Below are positions 36,978 through 47,060 of a stretch of 64,000 bases of DNA, piece after piece. Numbering within the stretch: position 1 is the stretch's first letter; the number at the start of each line of letters is the position of its first letter. The translations under genes were made by a program, and so were the position numbers. A model generated the notes under the pieces. The model did not search any database, had not been told where the DNA came from, and worked only from the letters and a program-made list of their open reading frames with translations. The stretch lies in IMG/VR virus record IMGVR_UViG_3300025121_000017; one strand, 5' to 3'. This stretch comes from an uncultured virus (IMG/VR IMGVR_UViG_3300025121_000017). Lineage: Duplodnaviria; Heunggongvirae; Uroviricota; Caudoviricetes.

Positions 36978-38003
36978 ATGGCCACCCGCGTGCTCAGCAA
37001 GGACGACGACAAGTTGCGCCCCAGGCACTTCGTCAACATTTCCCGAATCAGTGCCGTCACCGATCCCAGCAACATCCTCTTCGACTCGCGCGTCCTGGAG
37101 CCGCCTGACCGCGTTCTGGTCGAGAAAATAGACCGGGAAGGCTTCACCACGGCACTCCTGGTCCGCCCGGACGGAGAGGACTACGGGACCATCGACGGGC
37201 GGCGACGTCGCGCAGCCGCGAGGGAGCTCGTCAGGATCTACGCCGAACACGGTGTCGACCGAGACTTTACCGGGCCGATCTCTGTGCCAGACTCTGTCTT
37301 CGGCGAGATGACGCTGCACGGACGTGGACTCGACCGAGCCGCTGGCTTTGTCGGTGTGTTCGTCGAGGTCGTTAATGTGTCGGACGCGGAAGCGTTCGAC
37401 CTGATGATCGGTGCGAACGAGAGTGCCAAACCCTACACCGATCTACAGCGCGCCGCGCTCATCCAGCGCGCGACGGAGATCGCTGTCAGGGTCGACGGCG
37501 TCTATCGCGTGCGAACGCTTGCCGAGGCGTGCAAGCCCTTCAATCTCTCCTCGAGCCAGGGCGGACAGCTGCTCAAGCTCCTGCGCACCGACGACATCGT
37601 GCAGGCCCGCGTGGACTCCGGCGAGATGCAAGTCTCCGCCGCCGCCGCTCTGTCGGAGCTGCCCCGAGAGCAGCAGCGCCAGGTCGTGGCAGAAGCTGAC
37701 GCCGCCGGGCAGAAGGTCACGACGAACCGCGCGAAGATGGCGGCGCGCCCGGACGGGCCGATGCCTGCGTCGACGCGGCAGCAGGTCTGCCGGTTCATCT
37801 TCGACGATCGTGCGTCCTGGAAGCAGGCGTCCGCCAACCTGGACAACATGAAAGCCCTCTTCGGCTTCTTCGCAACGGGGGAGAAAGACGTGTTCTCCTA
37901 CAGCCCACGCATGGAGCGTCTGGTCGAGGAGGTAACGACGGCGGTTAAGGAGAAACGCAAGCCGAAGAGTGTCGAGGCCGTCACGCAATTCGACGAAGAA
38001 TAG
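36978..38003 (+). CDS. ParB/Srx-family protein
   Basis: I.REG...LLVR...[11 protein letters not shown]rg patch, later HTH-like region and [10 protein letters not shown]. Confidence 0.7.
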   Translation: MATRVLSKDDDKLRPRHFVNISRISAVTDPSNILFDSRVLEPPDRVLVEKIDREGFTTALLVRPDGEDYGTIDGRRRRAAARELVRIYAEHGVDRDFTGPISVPDSVFGEMTLHGRGLDRAAGFVGVFVEVVNVSDAEAFDLMIGANESAKPYTDLQRAALIQRATEIAVRVDGVYRVRTLAEACKPFNLSSSQGGQLLKLLRTDDIVQARVDSGEMQVSAAAALSELPREQQRQVVAEADAAGQKVTTNRAKMAARPDGPMPASTRQQVCRFIFDDRASWKQASANLDNMKALFGFFATGEKDVFSYSPRMERLVEEVTTAVKEKRKPKSVEAVTQFDEE

Positions 38004-38074
38004 CGCACTTTCCGCTTCCCCTTCCCTAACTTTCCGTGTATCCTCACGGAAAAGGTTCTTTCATCCCTACCTAC

Positions 38075-38090
38075 GGCCGACACGATGGCC
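38075..38090 (+). promoter_or_regulatory. GGCCGACACGATGGCC hairpin, copy 2
   Basis: Exact repeat of 26858-26873. Confidence 0.5.
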
Positions 38091-38115
38091 TCTGACACTC
38101 GTCTGGAGGCCCTCA

Positions 38116-39177
38116 ATGTCGGCTCCCCTTGGCTCTAGCTTCAGCGGTTTCCCTTTTGGCATCAGTGTTCCACGGTTTCGTCTGGAGGTGCCGGACGCGC
38201 GTGGCAACCCCTCGTACTTCGAGGGAATCGTCGGCTCAGGCGTGCCGTCCGGTGCGTACGAGCTGGACAGCGACGATGCTGTCTACATCGACAAGGACGC
38301 CTCGAGCGCGGATGGGCGCATCTACTTCACCGATGACAGAGGCGTGACCTGGGTCTCGTTCCAGTCTGGCAGTGTCGACCCCACGCTTGCCGCGCTCGCC
38401 GCACTCAACTCGACTGCAGGTATGGTCGTGCAGACGGCTGCGGACACGTTCACCAAGCGGACGCTGACGGGAACGGAGAATCAAGTTAACGTGGCGAACG
38501 GCACGGGCGCATCGGCGGATCCCACGCTTTCACTGCCCCAGGACATCCACACGGCGGCTACTCCGACGTTCGCTGGAGTCACGGCAACAGGAATCCTCGT
38601 CGCGTCCAGCACCTCCGTTGCGGCTACCAAGCCGCTGAGCACCACGAACGGTGTCACCTCGGGTGTGGTGCAGAAGGTCGGCGGGCGTCGGGATGTCAAT
38701 ACCGCGGGAGGTTCGTCACTCACCAACTCGACGGCAGAGACCGTGCTCGTAACGTCTGCACTCGAGGCTGGGTGTTTCCCTGCCGCCGGCTCGACGCTCT
38801 ACTTCAAGCACGCGTTCAAGGTCACGGCAGAGACCGGAGCGACCACGCTCCTCCTCAACACACGTCTTACTGCGACGACTCTCGTCGGAACGCCGATCGT
38901 TGTTGTGCCCGCGACTGACGTCGCGGATGGCGACGTGGTCATCATCGAAGGACACCTCACCGCGTACGGCGCGGCGGGGGCCAGCGTCAACATCGTCGGC
39001 AGCGGGCACTACAACGTCCCTGCGCAGTCCGGGGCGGGGACCACTGTCCCTTGGACACTGAACGCCACGGCCCGCGCGACAAATGCAGCTCTCATCCTCG
39101 AGACATCGGGTACGTGGTCCGTCGCGGATGCCAATGCGGTTGAGCTCCTCCACAAAGTGGTCGACGGGCCGTACTGA
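38116..39177 (+). CDS. fibre-like structural protein
   Basis: [33 protein letters not shown]. Confidence 0.65.
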   Translation: MSAPLGSSFSGFPFGISVPRFRLEVPDARGNPSYFEGIVGSGVPSGAYELDSDDAVYIDKDASSADGRIYFTDDRGVTWVSFQSGSVDPTLAALAALNSTAGMVVQTAADTFTKRTLTGTENQVNVANGTGASADPTLSLPQDIHTAATPTFAGVTATGILVASSTSVAATKPLSTTNGVTSGVVQKVGGRRDVNTAGGSSLTNSTAETVLVTSALEAGCFPAAGSTLYFKHAFKVTAETGATTLLLNTRLTATTLVGTPIVVVPATDVADGDVVIIEGHLTAYGAAGASVNIVGSGHYNVPAQSGAGTTVPWTLNATARATNAALILETSGTWSVADANAVELLHKVVDGPY

Positions 39178-39192
39178 TTCCGTTGAGGCACC

Positions 39193-39741
39193 ATGCACAT
39201 ACGCCACCGGAACCAAAACAGCACAACATACCCGGACGGGCTCCGCACGCCACACGTGCGTCTCGTCACGAGCGTCTCGCGCTACCCTGAGAATGACCTT
39301 GAGGCTGTTACGGGGGACGGAGAGCCGGACGACACGGTCGAGCTGAACGTTGATCGCGCGCTGTACGTGCGCCGTAGCGGGGCCGGGTCCGCCCGGTTTT
39401 ACTTCACGGAGGACCGGGGAGAGTCCTGGGAGGCGCAGACCACAAGTAACACCGGGCCGATGCGTGTCACGACATACGCGTCGACTGGGGTGTACCCCGC
39501 TGCGGTTGTGATTCGCCAGTGGCTCGACCTCACGGGCGCGGGAGGCGCCTGCGTGCTTCCTGCATCGGAGGGGCTCAGCGTCATGGACGCGTGTGCGGTA
39601 TGCTGCATCGGTGGGGCGGTCACGCTTTCCACGCCCGACGGCGCGACGATCAACGGGTCTGCGACTTTCGTGTTCGTCGGAGGAAGCTACGAGCAGTACG
39701 TGTTTTTCTGGACAGGGGTAGAGTGGCGCGCTTCAGGCTGA
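39193..39741 (+). CDS. putative structural protein
   Basis: N-half resembles 38116 product; C-half resembles 39862 product. Confidence 0.6.
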   Translation: MHIRHRNQNSTTYPDGLRTPHVRLVTSVSRYPENDLEAVTGDGEPDDTVELNVDRALYVRRSGAGSARFYFTEDRGESWEAQTTSNTGPMRVTTYASTGVYPAAVVIRQWLDLTGAGGACVLPASEGLSVMDACAVCCIGGAVTLSTPDGATINGSATFVFVGGSYEQYVFFWTGVEWRASG

Positions 39742-39861
39742 CGTGCTCCCTGCAAGTTTCTGGGCGTGTGCCCGGGGTAAGCTCCGCGTGCGGCTGGCGG
39801 CCCGAGGAGTACAACGTGCCGGTAACGGCTCTAACTCGCCAGCTTTTGGAGGTTCACGCGT

Positions 39862-40365
39862 ATGGGCGTATTAATGTCTCCTGTCGCTAAGACTCTGGTC
39901 GTCCAGACGTCGCAAGCGCTTATGCGGACGACCGGCCTCGGCCATTCCGCATTCATGGAAACCATCTTCGACGACGCTGACGCGGATACCGTGTTGGCCA
40001 CCCTCGGCGGCGGTACCTCTGGTATCGCTGTGTTCAAGGACACGACTGCCGCGGCTATCCGGACTGAGATCGGTGCTGGCGTGGGTTACACCTTCGCGGC
40101 GACGGAAACCGCGTCGTTCAACCTGGTGGATGGGGTATCGTCTCTGATCGACAGTTCGGGGGGCGCCGTTGTGGCGACCTTGCCGGCTGCGGGCGCTGGC
40201 AAGAAGCTTCGGGCCAAGATCAGCGTTGCCGGCAACAACGTCACGGTCACTCGGGCCGGTGCGGACACCGTCGAGGGCGCGACCACATACGTGATGTCGC
40301 AGGTTGGGGAGAACTACGCCTTCGAGGTCGACAACTCCGGGACCAATTGGGCTATCTTCGGTTAA
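39862..40365 (+). CDS. putative structural protein
   Basis: GGAGG RBS; TLPAA...VTVTRAGADTVEG. Confidence 0.65.
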   Translation: MGVLMSPVAKTLVVQTSQALMRTTGLGHSAFMETIFDDADADTVLATLGGGTSGIAVFKDTTAAAIRTEIGAGVGYTFAATETASFNLVDGVSSLIDSSGGAVVATLPAAGAGKKLRAKISVAGNNVTVTRAGADTVEGATTYVMSQVGENYAFEVDNSGTNWAIFG

Positions 40366-40419
40366 TCCAGGCGGCGGTGCGCTCGACTGAGTGCATACGC
40401 TTGTCAGGATCGGTTCTAT

Positions 40420-40455
40420 GGGTCGGGCTCAGTTTGCTGGGTCCGGCCCTATTTT
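40420..40455 (+). terminator. intrinsic terminator
   Basis: GGGTCGGGCTCAG-TTTG-CTGGGTCCGGCCC followed by TATTTT. Confidence 0.65.
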
Positions 40456-40467
40456 CCACTCTTCTCC

Positions 40468-40496
40468 TTGCCAACCTACGCCTGATGCGGTACGAT
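40468..40496 (+). promoter_or_regulatory. sigma70-type promoter
   Basis: TTGCCA-17-TACGAT. Confidence 0.6.
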
Positions 40497-40526
40497 CTCC
40501 CTAAACTCTCACGAGGAAGCCTACCG

Positions 40527-40925
40527 ATGGCAAAACACAAGCTCGCAGTTGATCAGATGCTCACGATGCTGCTAGCCGAGGGTTGGCAGCAGGAAGCCCC
40601 TACCGCGCAGCAGTGGCTGGCGCATCCAGGCACCTGGCACGTCAGAAATCCTGGAGATCCAGAGCTGTATGGGTGCCGCCCGGCGACGATTCCTTCCGTA
40701 CTCAAGCCCGGCGGCGTGTGCAGACCGTACAAGAAACCCGTGTCGGCGAAAGAGACACAGCAGCGCGTTGCGTCCGTGGCGGAAGAGATGATCTCGAGGG
40801 TTGATCGCCTGCAGACCTTTCACGGACTGGTGTCTCGGGATGACGTGGCGGCGCTGATCGAGGCTGCGTTCGGACGGAAGGCCCCGCCTGCAGCGGAAGA
40901 GCAGGCGAGCGGGGAAGAGTCCTAA
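40527..40925 (+). CDS. hypothetical protein
   Basis: GAGGA RBS after own promoter. Confidence 0.6.
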   Translation: MAKHKLAVDQMLTMLLAEGWQQEAPTAQQWLAHPGTWHVRNPGDPELYGCRPATIPSVLKPGGVCRPYKKPVSAKETQQRVASVAEEMISRVDRLQTFHGLVSRDDVAALIEAAFGRKAPPAAEEQASGEES

Positions 40926-40951
40926 CCCGACACACGCTTTTTCGATAAAAA

Positions 40952-40984
40952 GTCATTGACATCTTTTATCTCCCCGCGCATACT
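40952..40984 (+). promoter_or_regulatory. GTCATTGACA-class promoter
   Basis: GTCATTGACA-17-CATACT. Confidence 0.65.
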
Positions 40985-41536
40985 CATCTTGCATTCGACC
41001 TCAAGTCACCATTTAAACCTGACCGGGAGGCTGCCATGTGACCTTCACGCGGAGAGATTTTTGTGACGCTACTCCTCTTATTGCTTGTCGCGCTGGTCTT
41101 TCTACTCCGGGGACACACCCACGGCGGGAAGGATCGTCCGTTGCCTTTGTGCACCGGACTGCTGCCCCTACCTCCGGGCCAGGTAGGGGATGGGCGCGTC
41201 GCCTGCGTCCGAGTGTTTCAGCGCTGGTGGCTCTGCTTATGCTTTGACACGACCCCCGCGCGGACGGGGCCGGGATAGCCCGGCGACGCTCGCCTCGAGT
41301 GTGACGAGGACAAGAGCCTACTCCTCGGTGCAGAGTAATGCGCCGGCGTTGACTGAACGCTCGAGGCCCTCATGTCTCGAGTGTTCGCCTGAACGCAACC
41401 GGACCTGATATGGTGGCGCCTCGGCTGGCGATCGAAGTGATGGCTCTCCCGTGTTTGGGCGGGTGTAGCGATCGAGACCATGTGCTTCAACTGCTCGGGC
41501 GGTTCATGCCGCAGGGGCCGGAGAAAGGTGAGAAAG

Positions 41537-42610
41537 ATGCGATTCCTTAGGAGTAAATGGCTTGCGGGCATTGTGCTCGCTGCCGGGGTGATACTGTTCG
41601 CGTGGCCCGTGTCGGGCGGGCTGGTAAACAAACCTTATCCGATCTCTGCGGGCGGCACTGGTGCGACGTCGGCAGGGGCGGCGCTAACCGCGCTTGGAGC
41701 CAGCCCAATACCTACATGGTCGGGCGCGCAAGTGATGTCCGCATATGGTGAGTACACGCTCACGCACCCTACACTCACCGACGGAAAGGGGACCGCGCAC
41801 GCGATCAAGACAGTCGATCCTCTCATGGTGGCACTGCTCCACTTCGATGGGGCGGATGGGGCGACAACTACCACGGATTCGAGCGGAAACGCTCACACCG
41901 TCACAGTGGCCGGAAATGCGCGACTCGAAACGACATCTCCGAAATATGGGAGCGCATACCTCTATCTCGATGGTACAGGTGACTATGTCACGATGCCGAA
42001 TACCAAGTTTACGCCAGGGCTCGGGAACTTCACAGTTGAGGCGTGGGTCAATCCCACAAATCTTTCGGCACAAAGAGTGATTTTTTCGGTCTCAAAAGAT
42101 GGTTCAAGTGGAAATGAAGTCATTTTGTATGTCAATGCCACAACCGGATATCTCGCGGCATACAGCGCGGGCTCCGGCAGCTACGGCAACCAGTCATCGA
42201 CGACAGCATTGACCGCCGGAAGCTGGGTTCACGTCGCGATGGTCAAGAATGGCGGGACGACGAAGCTATATGTCGGCGGAGTCGAGGTCAAGTCGTTCAC
42301 CGACGGGTACACATACTCGGGCTGGAGTACCGCGGCGATGGTCGGCAAGGACGCGGGAGCATCCGGATATGACTTCCTTGGAGGCATTGACGAGTTTGCG
42401 TTCCATTCCTATGCAAAGTACACAACGGCCTTTACACCTCCGACAGGGGCGTTGACTGTGCCGACAGCTGACATGTACGCGCAGATGCGAGTCGTTCCAT
42501 TTGGCACAACATCGGCGTCAGACGTGGTATACGTGCAGAGCCTGACAGCGGAAACGACGCTGTTTCGAGTGCCGAATGCAGCGACCTATAATTTTGCGAT
42601 GAAGCCGTAA
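41537..42610 (+). CDS. LamG/concanavalin-A-like domain protein
   Basis: LLHFDG, LDGTGDY, FTVEAWV, WVHVA...LYVGG, GGIDE. Confidence 0.85.
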   Translation: MRFLRSKWLAGIVLAAGVILFAWPVSGGLVNKPYPISAGGTGATSAGAALTALGASPIPTWSGAQVMSAYGEYTLTHPTLTDGKGTAHAIKTVDPLMVALLHFDGADGATTTTDSSGNAHTVTVAGNARLETTSPKYGSAYLYLDGTGDYVTMPNTKFTPGLGNFTVEAWVNPTNLSAQRVIFSVSKDGSSGNEVILYVNATTGYLAAYSAGSGSYGNQSSTTALTAGSWVHVAMVKNGGTTKLYVGGVEVKSFTDGYTYSGWSTAAMVGKDAGASGYDFLGGIDEFAFHSYAKYTTAFTPPTGALTVPTADMYAQMRVVPFGTTSASDVVYVQSLTAETTLFRVPNAATYNFAMKP

Positions 42611-42648
42611 TCCGACGTGACGCGGTGTTTTTGACACAGAGGTGCGTT

Positions 42649-42861
42649 ATGTTCGAAGTCACAGAGTACGACAACGACAATTTCGGGCCGGGGCGATGGT
42701 CGTTTTACGCGCCGTCCGCTTCCACAAAAGATCTGGAGCGCTGGTACTCACTAGACGTCTCCATGCAAGAGACTGTGCGTCTGCACCTGCTGAGCAATGC
42801 ACAGCTTTGGTTCTTTTTGAAGGACGGCGCGATCGTATACCTGAGCTTGGCGGATGCATAA
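42649..42861 (+). CDS. hypothetical protein
   Basis: GAGGT RBS. Confidence 0.5.
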   Translation: MFEVTEYDNDNFGPGRWSFYAPSASTKDLERWYSLDVSMQETVRLHLLSNAQLWFFLKDGAIVYLSLADA

Positions 42862-43242
42862 CATGGACCAAGCTCGCTTAAAATTCTTGGCCGACGTTGA
42901 CGCGGTGCTGCGTGACCCTCAGCTCAGCATCGAGCAGCAGGAGGCGCATGTGCTGCGGCTGGCCGAAGCGCGCAGAGACGCGATGTTCAATGAGAATATG
43001 CGAAAGATGTTGAAACCAGGAGCGCCACGATGCTTAAGCCCCGTATCTTCGTAATGCCATGGCCCCTCAAGCTGTACACTCCGCCTCGTGCGCGTGACTA
43101 TCGCGCGAAGTCGTCTAAGGTGCGCTGGCGTATTCGTCGGCAGCTGAGGCGGCAAGCCGAGAACAGGCTCACCGCAAATCAGCGGCTGTGGCGAGAACTG
43201 GACGCGAAGTCGCAGTGCTTGTTCGGGCCGGGTGGTGTAGTT

Positions 43243-43302
43243 TACGCGACGCCGCGGGTTGCAGCAGAACTACGCGACGCCGCGGGTTGCAGCAGAACTA
43301 CG
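43243..43302. repeat. 28-bp tandem duplication
   Basis: TACGCGACGCCGCGGGTTGCAGCAGAAC x2 plus TACG. Confidence 0.9.
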
Positions 43303-43614
43303 GCGTGAGCTAGGAGGTTAGGCATGCTTGAGATTCTGCAGTTTGTGTTCTCATCGTTTTGGGTCTGGGCCGGGACGGGACGGCGGTGCTTGTGGCTGTG
43401 GCGAGTTGGTCCGTCTCTGGACTGATTCGGATCTCATTCAACACGACTCAGGAGAAGGAATGACCCCCAACGCACAAACACCATTCGTCTATGTGATTGC
43501 TCCACCAGAGATCAGCTGGACAGAACGGCTGCGTCCGTGGCGGGAGGCCGCGCAAGAGTACGCTGCGCAAGCTTCAGAAGATCCTGAACCTGCCACCGAG
43601 GCGAGGAGTGCCCA

Positions 43615-43929
43615 ATGCCCACACGACCAGAAATAGCCCTCCCGGACGGGTGCACCGACGCGTCAGACTGGCTCGAGGACAACGTGATTCTTGCGCACCA
43701 TAGGGTCGAGCTCGAGATCGAGAAGCTGATCAAGGAACATCCGGGAGCTGCCGCCCAATGGTGGGGCAGTTGGGTCGATGCTGAAGTATACGAGTCCGCC
43801 TGGCGCGTCGAGCATGTGAAGCTGCACGTCGAGGGGCATCGGGTGTACTTTACCTGGCCGGGGACCGCTGAACGTGAGCGCATCGCTGACTTCTGGGGGC
43901 ATGGAGACGCACTGCGCCTGGTATGGTAA
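43615..43929 (+). CDS. hypothetical protein
   Basis: GAGGAG RBS. Confidence 0.6.
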   Translation: MPTRPEIALPDGCTDASDWLEDNVILAHHRVELEIEKLIKEHPGAAAQWWGSWVDAEVYESAWRVEHVKLHVEGHRVYFTWPGTAERERIADFWGHGDALRLVW

Positions 43930-43930
43930 G

Positions 43931-43966
43931 GAAACGAGCAGCGCCCACGTGCCACTGCGCTGCTCG
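43931..43966 (-). terminator. leftward hairpin terminator
   Basis: 10-bp perfect stem CGAGCAGCGC/GCGCTGCTCG, then TTTC on the minus strand. Confidence 0.5.
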
Positions 43967-43972
43967 GTGGGG

Positions 43973-44026
43973 TTATCCGCCCCAAACGAACGAGCCTACC
44001 ATGATGATCAGTAGAATGAAATCCAT
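43973..44026 (-). CDS. 17-aa hydrophobic peptide MDFILLIIMVGSFVWGG
   Basis: Extended RBS AAAGGAGGTGAT at 44042-44031; followed by terminator hairpin. Confidence 0.6.
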   Translation of the reverse strand: MDFILLIIMVGSFVWGG

Positions 44027-44107
44027 GTACATCACCTCCTTTGCCTAGTAGATCGGCAGGGGCCGGCCCTGCCTTGAGCGAAAACATCTTTCTCAGAAGG
44101 ACTCCAC

Positions 44108-44548
44108 ATGGCAAAAAGATCCTGGCCCAGGTACACCGGGCTAATGTCAGACGACGGCGCAGTTTGCGTGACGTCGACAAAGCACCGTGTCACGCTTTAC
44201 CATCCTGAAACGTTAGCCACCCGGACCTGTGCCTTCAGCAGCGTTCCCTGGGCGTCAAATCGCTCCAACATAGCCCTATTGGCCGGCATGCTTATGGAGA
44301 TCGCCTGCCTTAAGAGCGGGGAGGCCTGGGACCGCGGAACAGCTGCGCCGCAGGTAGTGTCTGGCATTCACCCCAGCACGACATTGTTTCTGTACGAGGC
44401 AGGTGCGCGTGGCGCGATCTTTCCCCGGTATCTGTGGACGGATGTGGTCTTCGACGTATGCGGGGCGCTCTGTCAGGCGATCGGGCGAGAACTACGCGTG
44501 CCTAAGCTCACAGGACAGAACGATACGCGCTCGTGTGGGCTGGTGTGA
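44108..44548 (+). CDS. hypothetical protein
   Basis: AAGGA RBS. Confidence 0.6.
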   Translation: MAKRSWPRYTGLMSDDGAVCVTSTKHRVTLYHPETLATRTCAFSSVPWASNRSNIALLAGMLMEIACLKSGEAWDRGTAAPQVVSGIHPSTTLFLYEAGARGAIFPRYLWTDVVFDVCGALCQAIGRELRVPKLTGQNDTRSCGLV

Positions 44549-44565
44549 ATTTATTTCTATTAAAA

Positions 44566-44599
44566 TGTCATTGACATTCTAATCGACTCCCTGTAATCT
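44566..44599 (+). promoter_or_regulatory. GTCATTGACA-class promoter
   Basis: TGTCATTGACA-17-TAATCT. Confidence 0.75.
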
Positions 44600-44632
44600 T
44601 AGTCCATCAACCTGAACGAGCGGAGCAACGAC

Positions 44633-45592
44633 ATGGCACGCTACTCAAAGAAGGCAATCAGCGAGGCGGGAAGAGTGTTCGGCGAGACGGCAGGGACGGG
44701 CGGATCCGCGCGTCCGCAGCGAGACGACATCCGGCACATCGGCGCAGCTCTTGCGCAGACCAATGGCGTTTCGGAGTCACGCGATATTTCGGACTACAGT
44801 CACGCCTACGCGGACGGCTTCTTCAAAGCGTTCGACGCTGCGCGGAAGACCCGAGAGAAGAGTGCTGCAGAGGAGCAGTACCTCGCTGAGATCAATTCGG
44901 AGCGCGGCGCCCACTCCGACAAGGGCCTCATGACGCTGCGCCTCCTGGGCAGCAAGCCGAGCCTCTGCCGGCACGTTCCGCTCAAGCGGGTTGTCGAGTC
45001 CCGTACGGCGGAGATGCCTGTGAGCTGCGCTGCCTGCGGCGGTACCGGCAAGCGCCAGATTGCCTGCGCGCAGCCTCAGGGCGTTCGCGCGCGCGATCTG
45101 GAGCAAAACGGGTTCAAGCACTTGTATTCTGGGCACGACACGCCTGTATACGCTGAATCTGGTGAGCGGGTGGAGCGCTACAGCGGTTGCGTCCGCCTCG
45201 AGCCTTGCCAGGGTGGGTGCAAGCCGGAAAAATACTGGTTCGACCCCCTCGCCATAAACCTCGCGACTGGGGAGCGTGTCGGCGAAGTCCGACACTGCGG
45301 CAAAGACTGGTACAAGGTTCAGCAATATCGCTACTGTCACCTGAAGTCCTGCACCTGGCCGATCGCCTACTTCGTCCCGCAGTGGACGGCGGGCGCCGAG
45401 TTCAGCACGTCTCGCTATGCCCTGGCGGACTGCCAGCTCTGCGGCAAGCGGATTCCGTCCGGTGAATTCGCACCGGTGGAGGCGACAAGCCAGGACGGAA
45501 CGATCCACGCCTTGTGGCTTGGGCTCGACTGCGCCAGGAAGATTCGGGTCGAAGCGCCGAACCTGCCTGAGGGCGGGCAGCTGGTGAAGTGA
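44633..45592 (+). CDS. hypothetical Zn-finger protein
   Basis: CAACGGTG, CQLCGKRI...GLDCA. Confidence 0.65.
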   Translation: MARYSKKAISEAGRVFGETAGTGGSARPQRDDIRHIGAALAQTNGVSESRDISDYSHAYADGFFKAFDAARKTREKSAAEEQYLAEINSERGAHSDKGLMTLRLLGSKPSLCRHVPLKRVVESRTAEMPVSCAACGGTGKRQIACAQPQGVRARDLEQNGFKHLYSGHDTPVYAESGERVERYSGCVRLEPCQGGCKPEKYWFDPLAINLATGERVGEVRHCGKDWYKVQQYRYCHLKSCTWPIAYFVPQWTAGAEFSTSRYALADCQLCGKRIPSGEFAPVEATSQDGTIHALWLGLDCARKIRVEAPNLPEGGQLVK

Positions 45593-45617
45593 ATGTCCAT
45601 AACTACAAGGAGACGCT

Positions 45618-46262
45618 ATGAGGCACAGATACGACATGGGATTCCTCGAGGCCGAGTCCGGCAGACGCACTGCCCCTACGCTCCGCCCGCTCAAGGGCAC
45701 CACGACGTTTCACAGCGATTGGCGGTTTCCTGCCGCTGCTCGCCGCGTACTTGACTCGATCGAGGCAGAGATCGCGCGCATCGTTGACACTTTGGACCGC
45801 TACTATGCCCCTGCGACGTTGTTCACCGTGCAGGCGTGCGGCGGTACCTCAGAGCCGGTCTACACGTACCACGCGGACGGTAACAGCGCGGACGAGCCTT
45901 CCCGCCGGTACCGCCTGTGGATTGCTTACCGCCTCGTGGGCACTAACCCGGTCGAAGCGTGGGAAGCCATCAAAGGGCGTGTGCCGGACAACGGCATTCT
46001 GTTCGACATCGACTTTACGCTACGAGACGCGGGAGGTGCGATCGTAGCGGGCGGTGGGAACAGTCCGGTAGTGGAATGCCGCGTGGCGCTTCCGTGCCGC
46101 AGCGACGCGCAGCGGAAAGGCGTAGAACGCGTAGGGTTGTGGCAGCACGGGCTCCAGAACTTCAAGGCGTCCGTTACGGAGCTGGCGCAGGCTACCGAAG
46201 CAATCGACGATCTGTTGCAATGGGCGGCACGTGTCCGCCGCGTCGAGGCGCTGAATGGGTGA
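45618..46262 (+). CDS. hypothetical protein
   Basis: AAGGAG RBS. Confidence 0.65.
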   Translation: MRHRYDMGFLEAESGRRTAPTLRPLKGTTTFHSDWRFPAAARRVLDSIEAEIARIVDTLDRYYAPATLFTVQACGGTSEPVYTYHADGNSADEPSRRYRLWIAYRLVGTNPVEAWEAIKGRVPDNGILFDIDFTLRDAGGAIVAGGGNSPVVECRVALPCRSDAQRKGVERVGLWQHGLQNFKASVTELAQATEAIDDLLQWAARVRRVEALNG

Positions 46263-46767
46263 CCCCAACCGCCACCACACTCTCGCCGCCGAGATCCTCC
46301 GTCAGTTCCCTCCCGCGCAGTTCCCCCGCGTCGCGGACGTTGCTGGAGGCCAAGGACGGCTATCGCTCCTGCTGGCTGCGGCTGGCTACAGCCCGACGGT
46401 GTTCGACCTGCGCGCCACGGATCTACCGAAGCGAGAGCGCAAAGACGTGCGGATCGGTAAACGCCCTGGCTTCGCGCGCTTGCAGCGCCGCTTCGACCCT
46501 GGGCAGGACGCTCGAGACTTTGACCTCGTAGTGGGGCTGCACCCGGACGGCGCGACGGAGGCTATCGTGCACGCCGCGGACTACGCGGCAGTCCTGTGCG
46601 TGCCGTGTTGCAATTATTGGGTAGGCCCGGAGATAGCGGGGCGAAGCGTGGTGGAGGCGATCCGGCACGTGTGGCACGATCGAGACATTCAGTGGAGCGA
46701 GAAGACGCTGCCGATGTCCGGCGCCAACCTCGTGCTCGCAACGAGAGGACTGACACATGCAGTTTAA
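46255..46767 (+). CDS. class I SAM-dependent methyltransferase-like protein
   Basis: VADVAGGQGRLS, LVVGLHPDGATE, VPCC. Confidence 0.7.
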   Translation: MGDPNRHHTLAAEILRQFPPAQFPRVADVAGGQGRLSLLLAAAGYSPTVFDLRATDLPKRERKDVRIGKRPGFARLQRRFDPGQDARDFDLVVGLHPDGATEAIVHAADYAAVLCVPCCNYWVGPEIAGRSVVEAIRHVWHDRDIQWSEKTLPMSGANLVLATRGLTHAV

Positions 46768-47056
46768 GTACAGCATGCTTTCCGCGACTCCAACTCCCGA
46801 GGAGCTCGCTCCGTTTACGGCGGGAGATCGTGTCGACTTGGCGGCGCTGCGCCTCAGTCTGACGCAGGCCTTCCCTGGCGCGAATGTCTTTGTCAGTCCA
46901 GGCAGCGGCTACCCATCGGATGTCTCGTCCGTGCCTATCGCGCAGGTGGGACGGATTGGAGTCTCTGTGTTTCTGAACGGCACGCGCGCTACACACCTGG
47001 ATGTCGACCTTCCTGCGGTCGAGAGTGGGTATACGCGGTTCTGGGTGAATGCGTAA
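46757..47056 (+). CDS. hypothetical protein
   Basis: GAGGA RBS. Confidence 0.55.
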   Translation: MQFKYSMLSATPTPEELAPFTAGDRVDLAALRLSLTQAFPGANVFVSPGSGYPSDVSSVPIAQVGRIGVSVFLNGTRATHLDVDLPAVESGYTRFWVNA

Positions 47057-47060
47057 AATC

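Noticed and set aside
41410..41480. tRNA-like stretch ending in CCA
   Set aside because: No acceptor-stem pairing or TTCGA T-loop
43243..43302. 28-bp tandem duplication as a functional element
   Set aside because: Only two copies at a gene end; most simply a slippage event
44031..44042. ATCACCTCCTTT resembling the 16S rRNA 3' end
   Set aside because: No other rRNA sequence nearby; better explained as a minus-strand RBS
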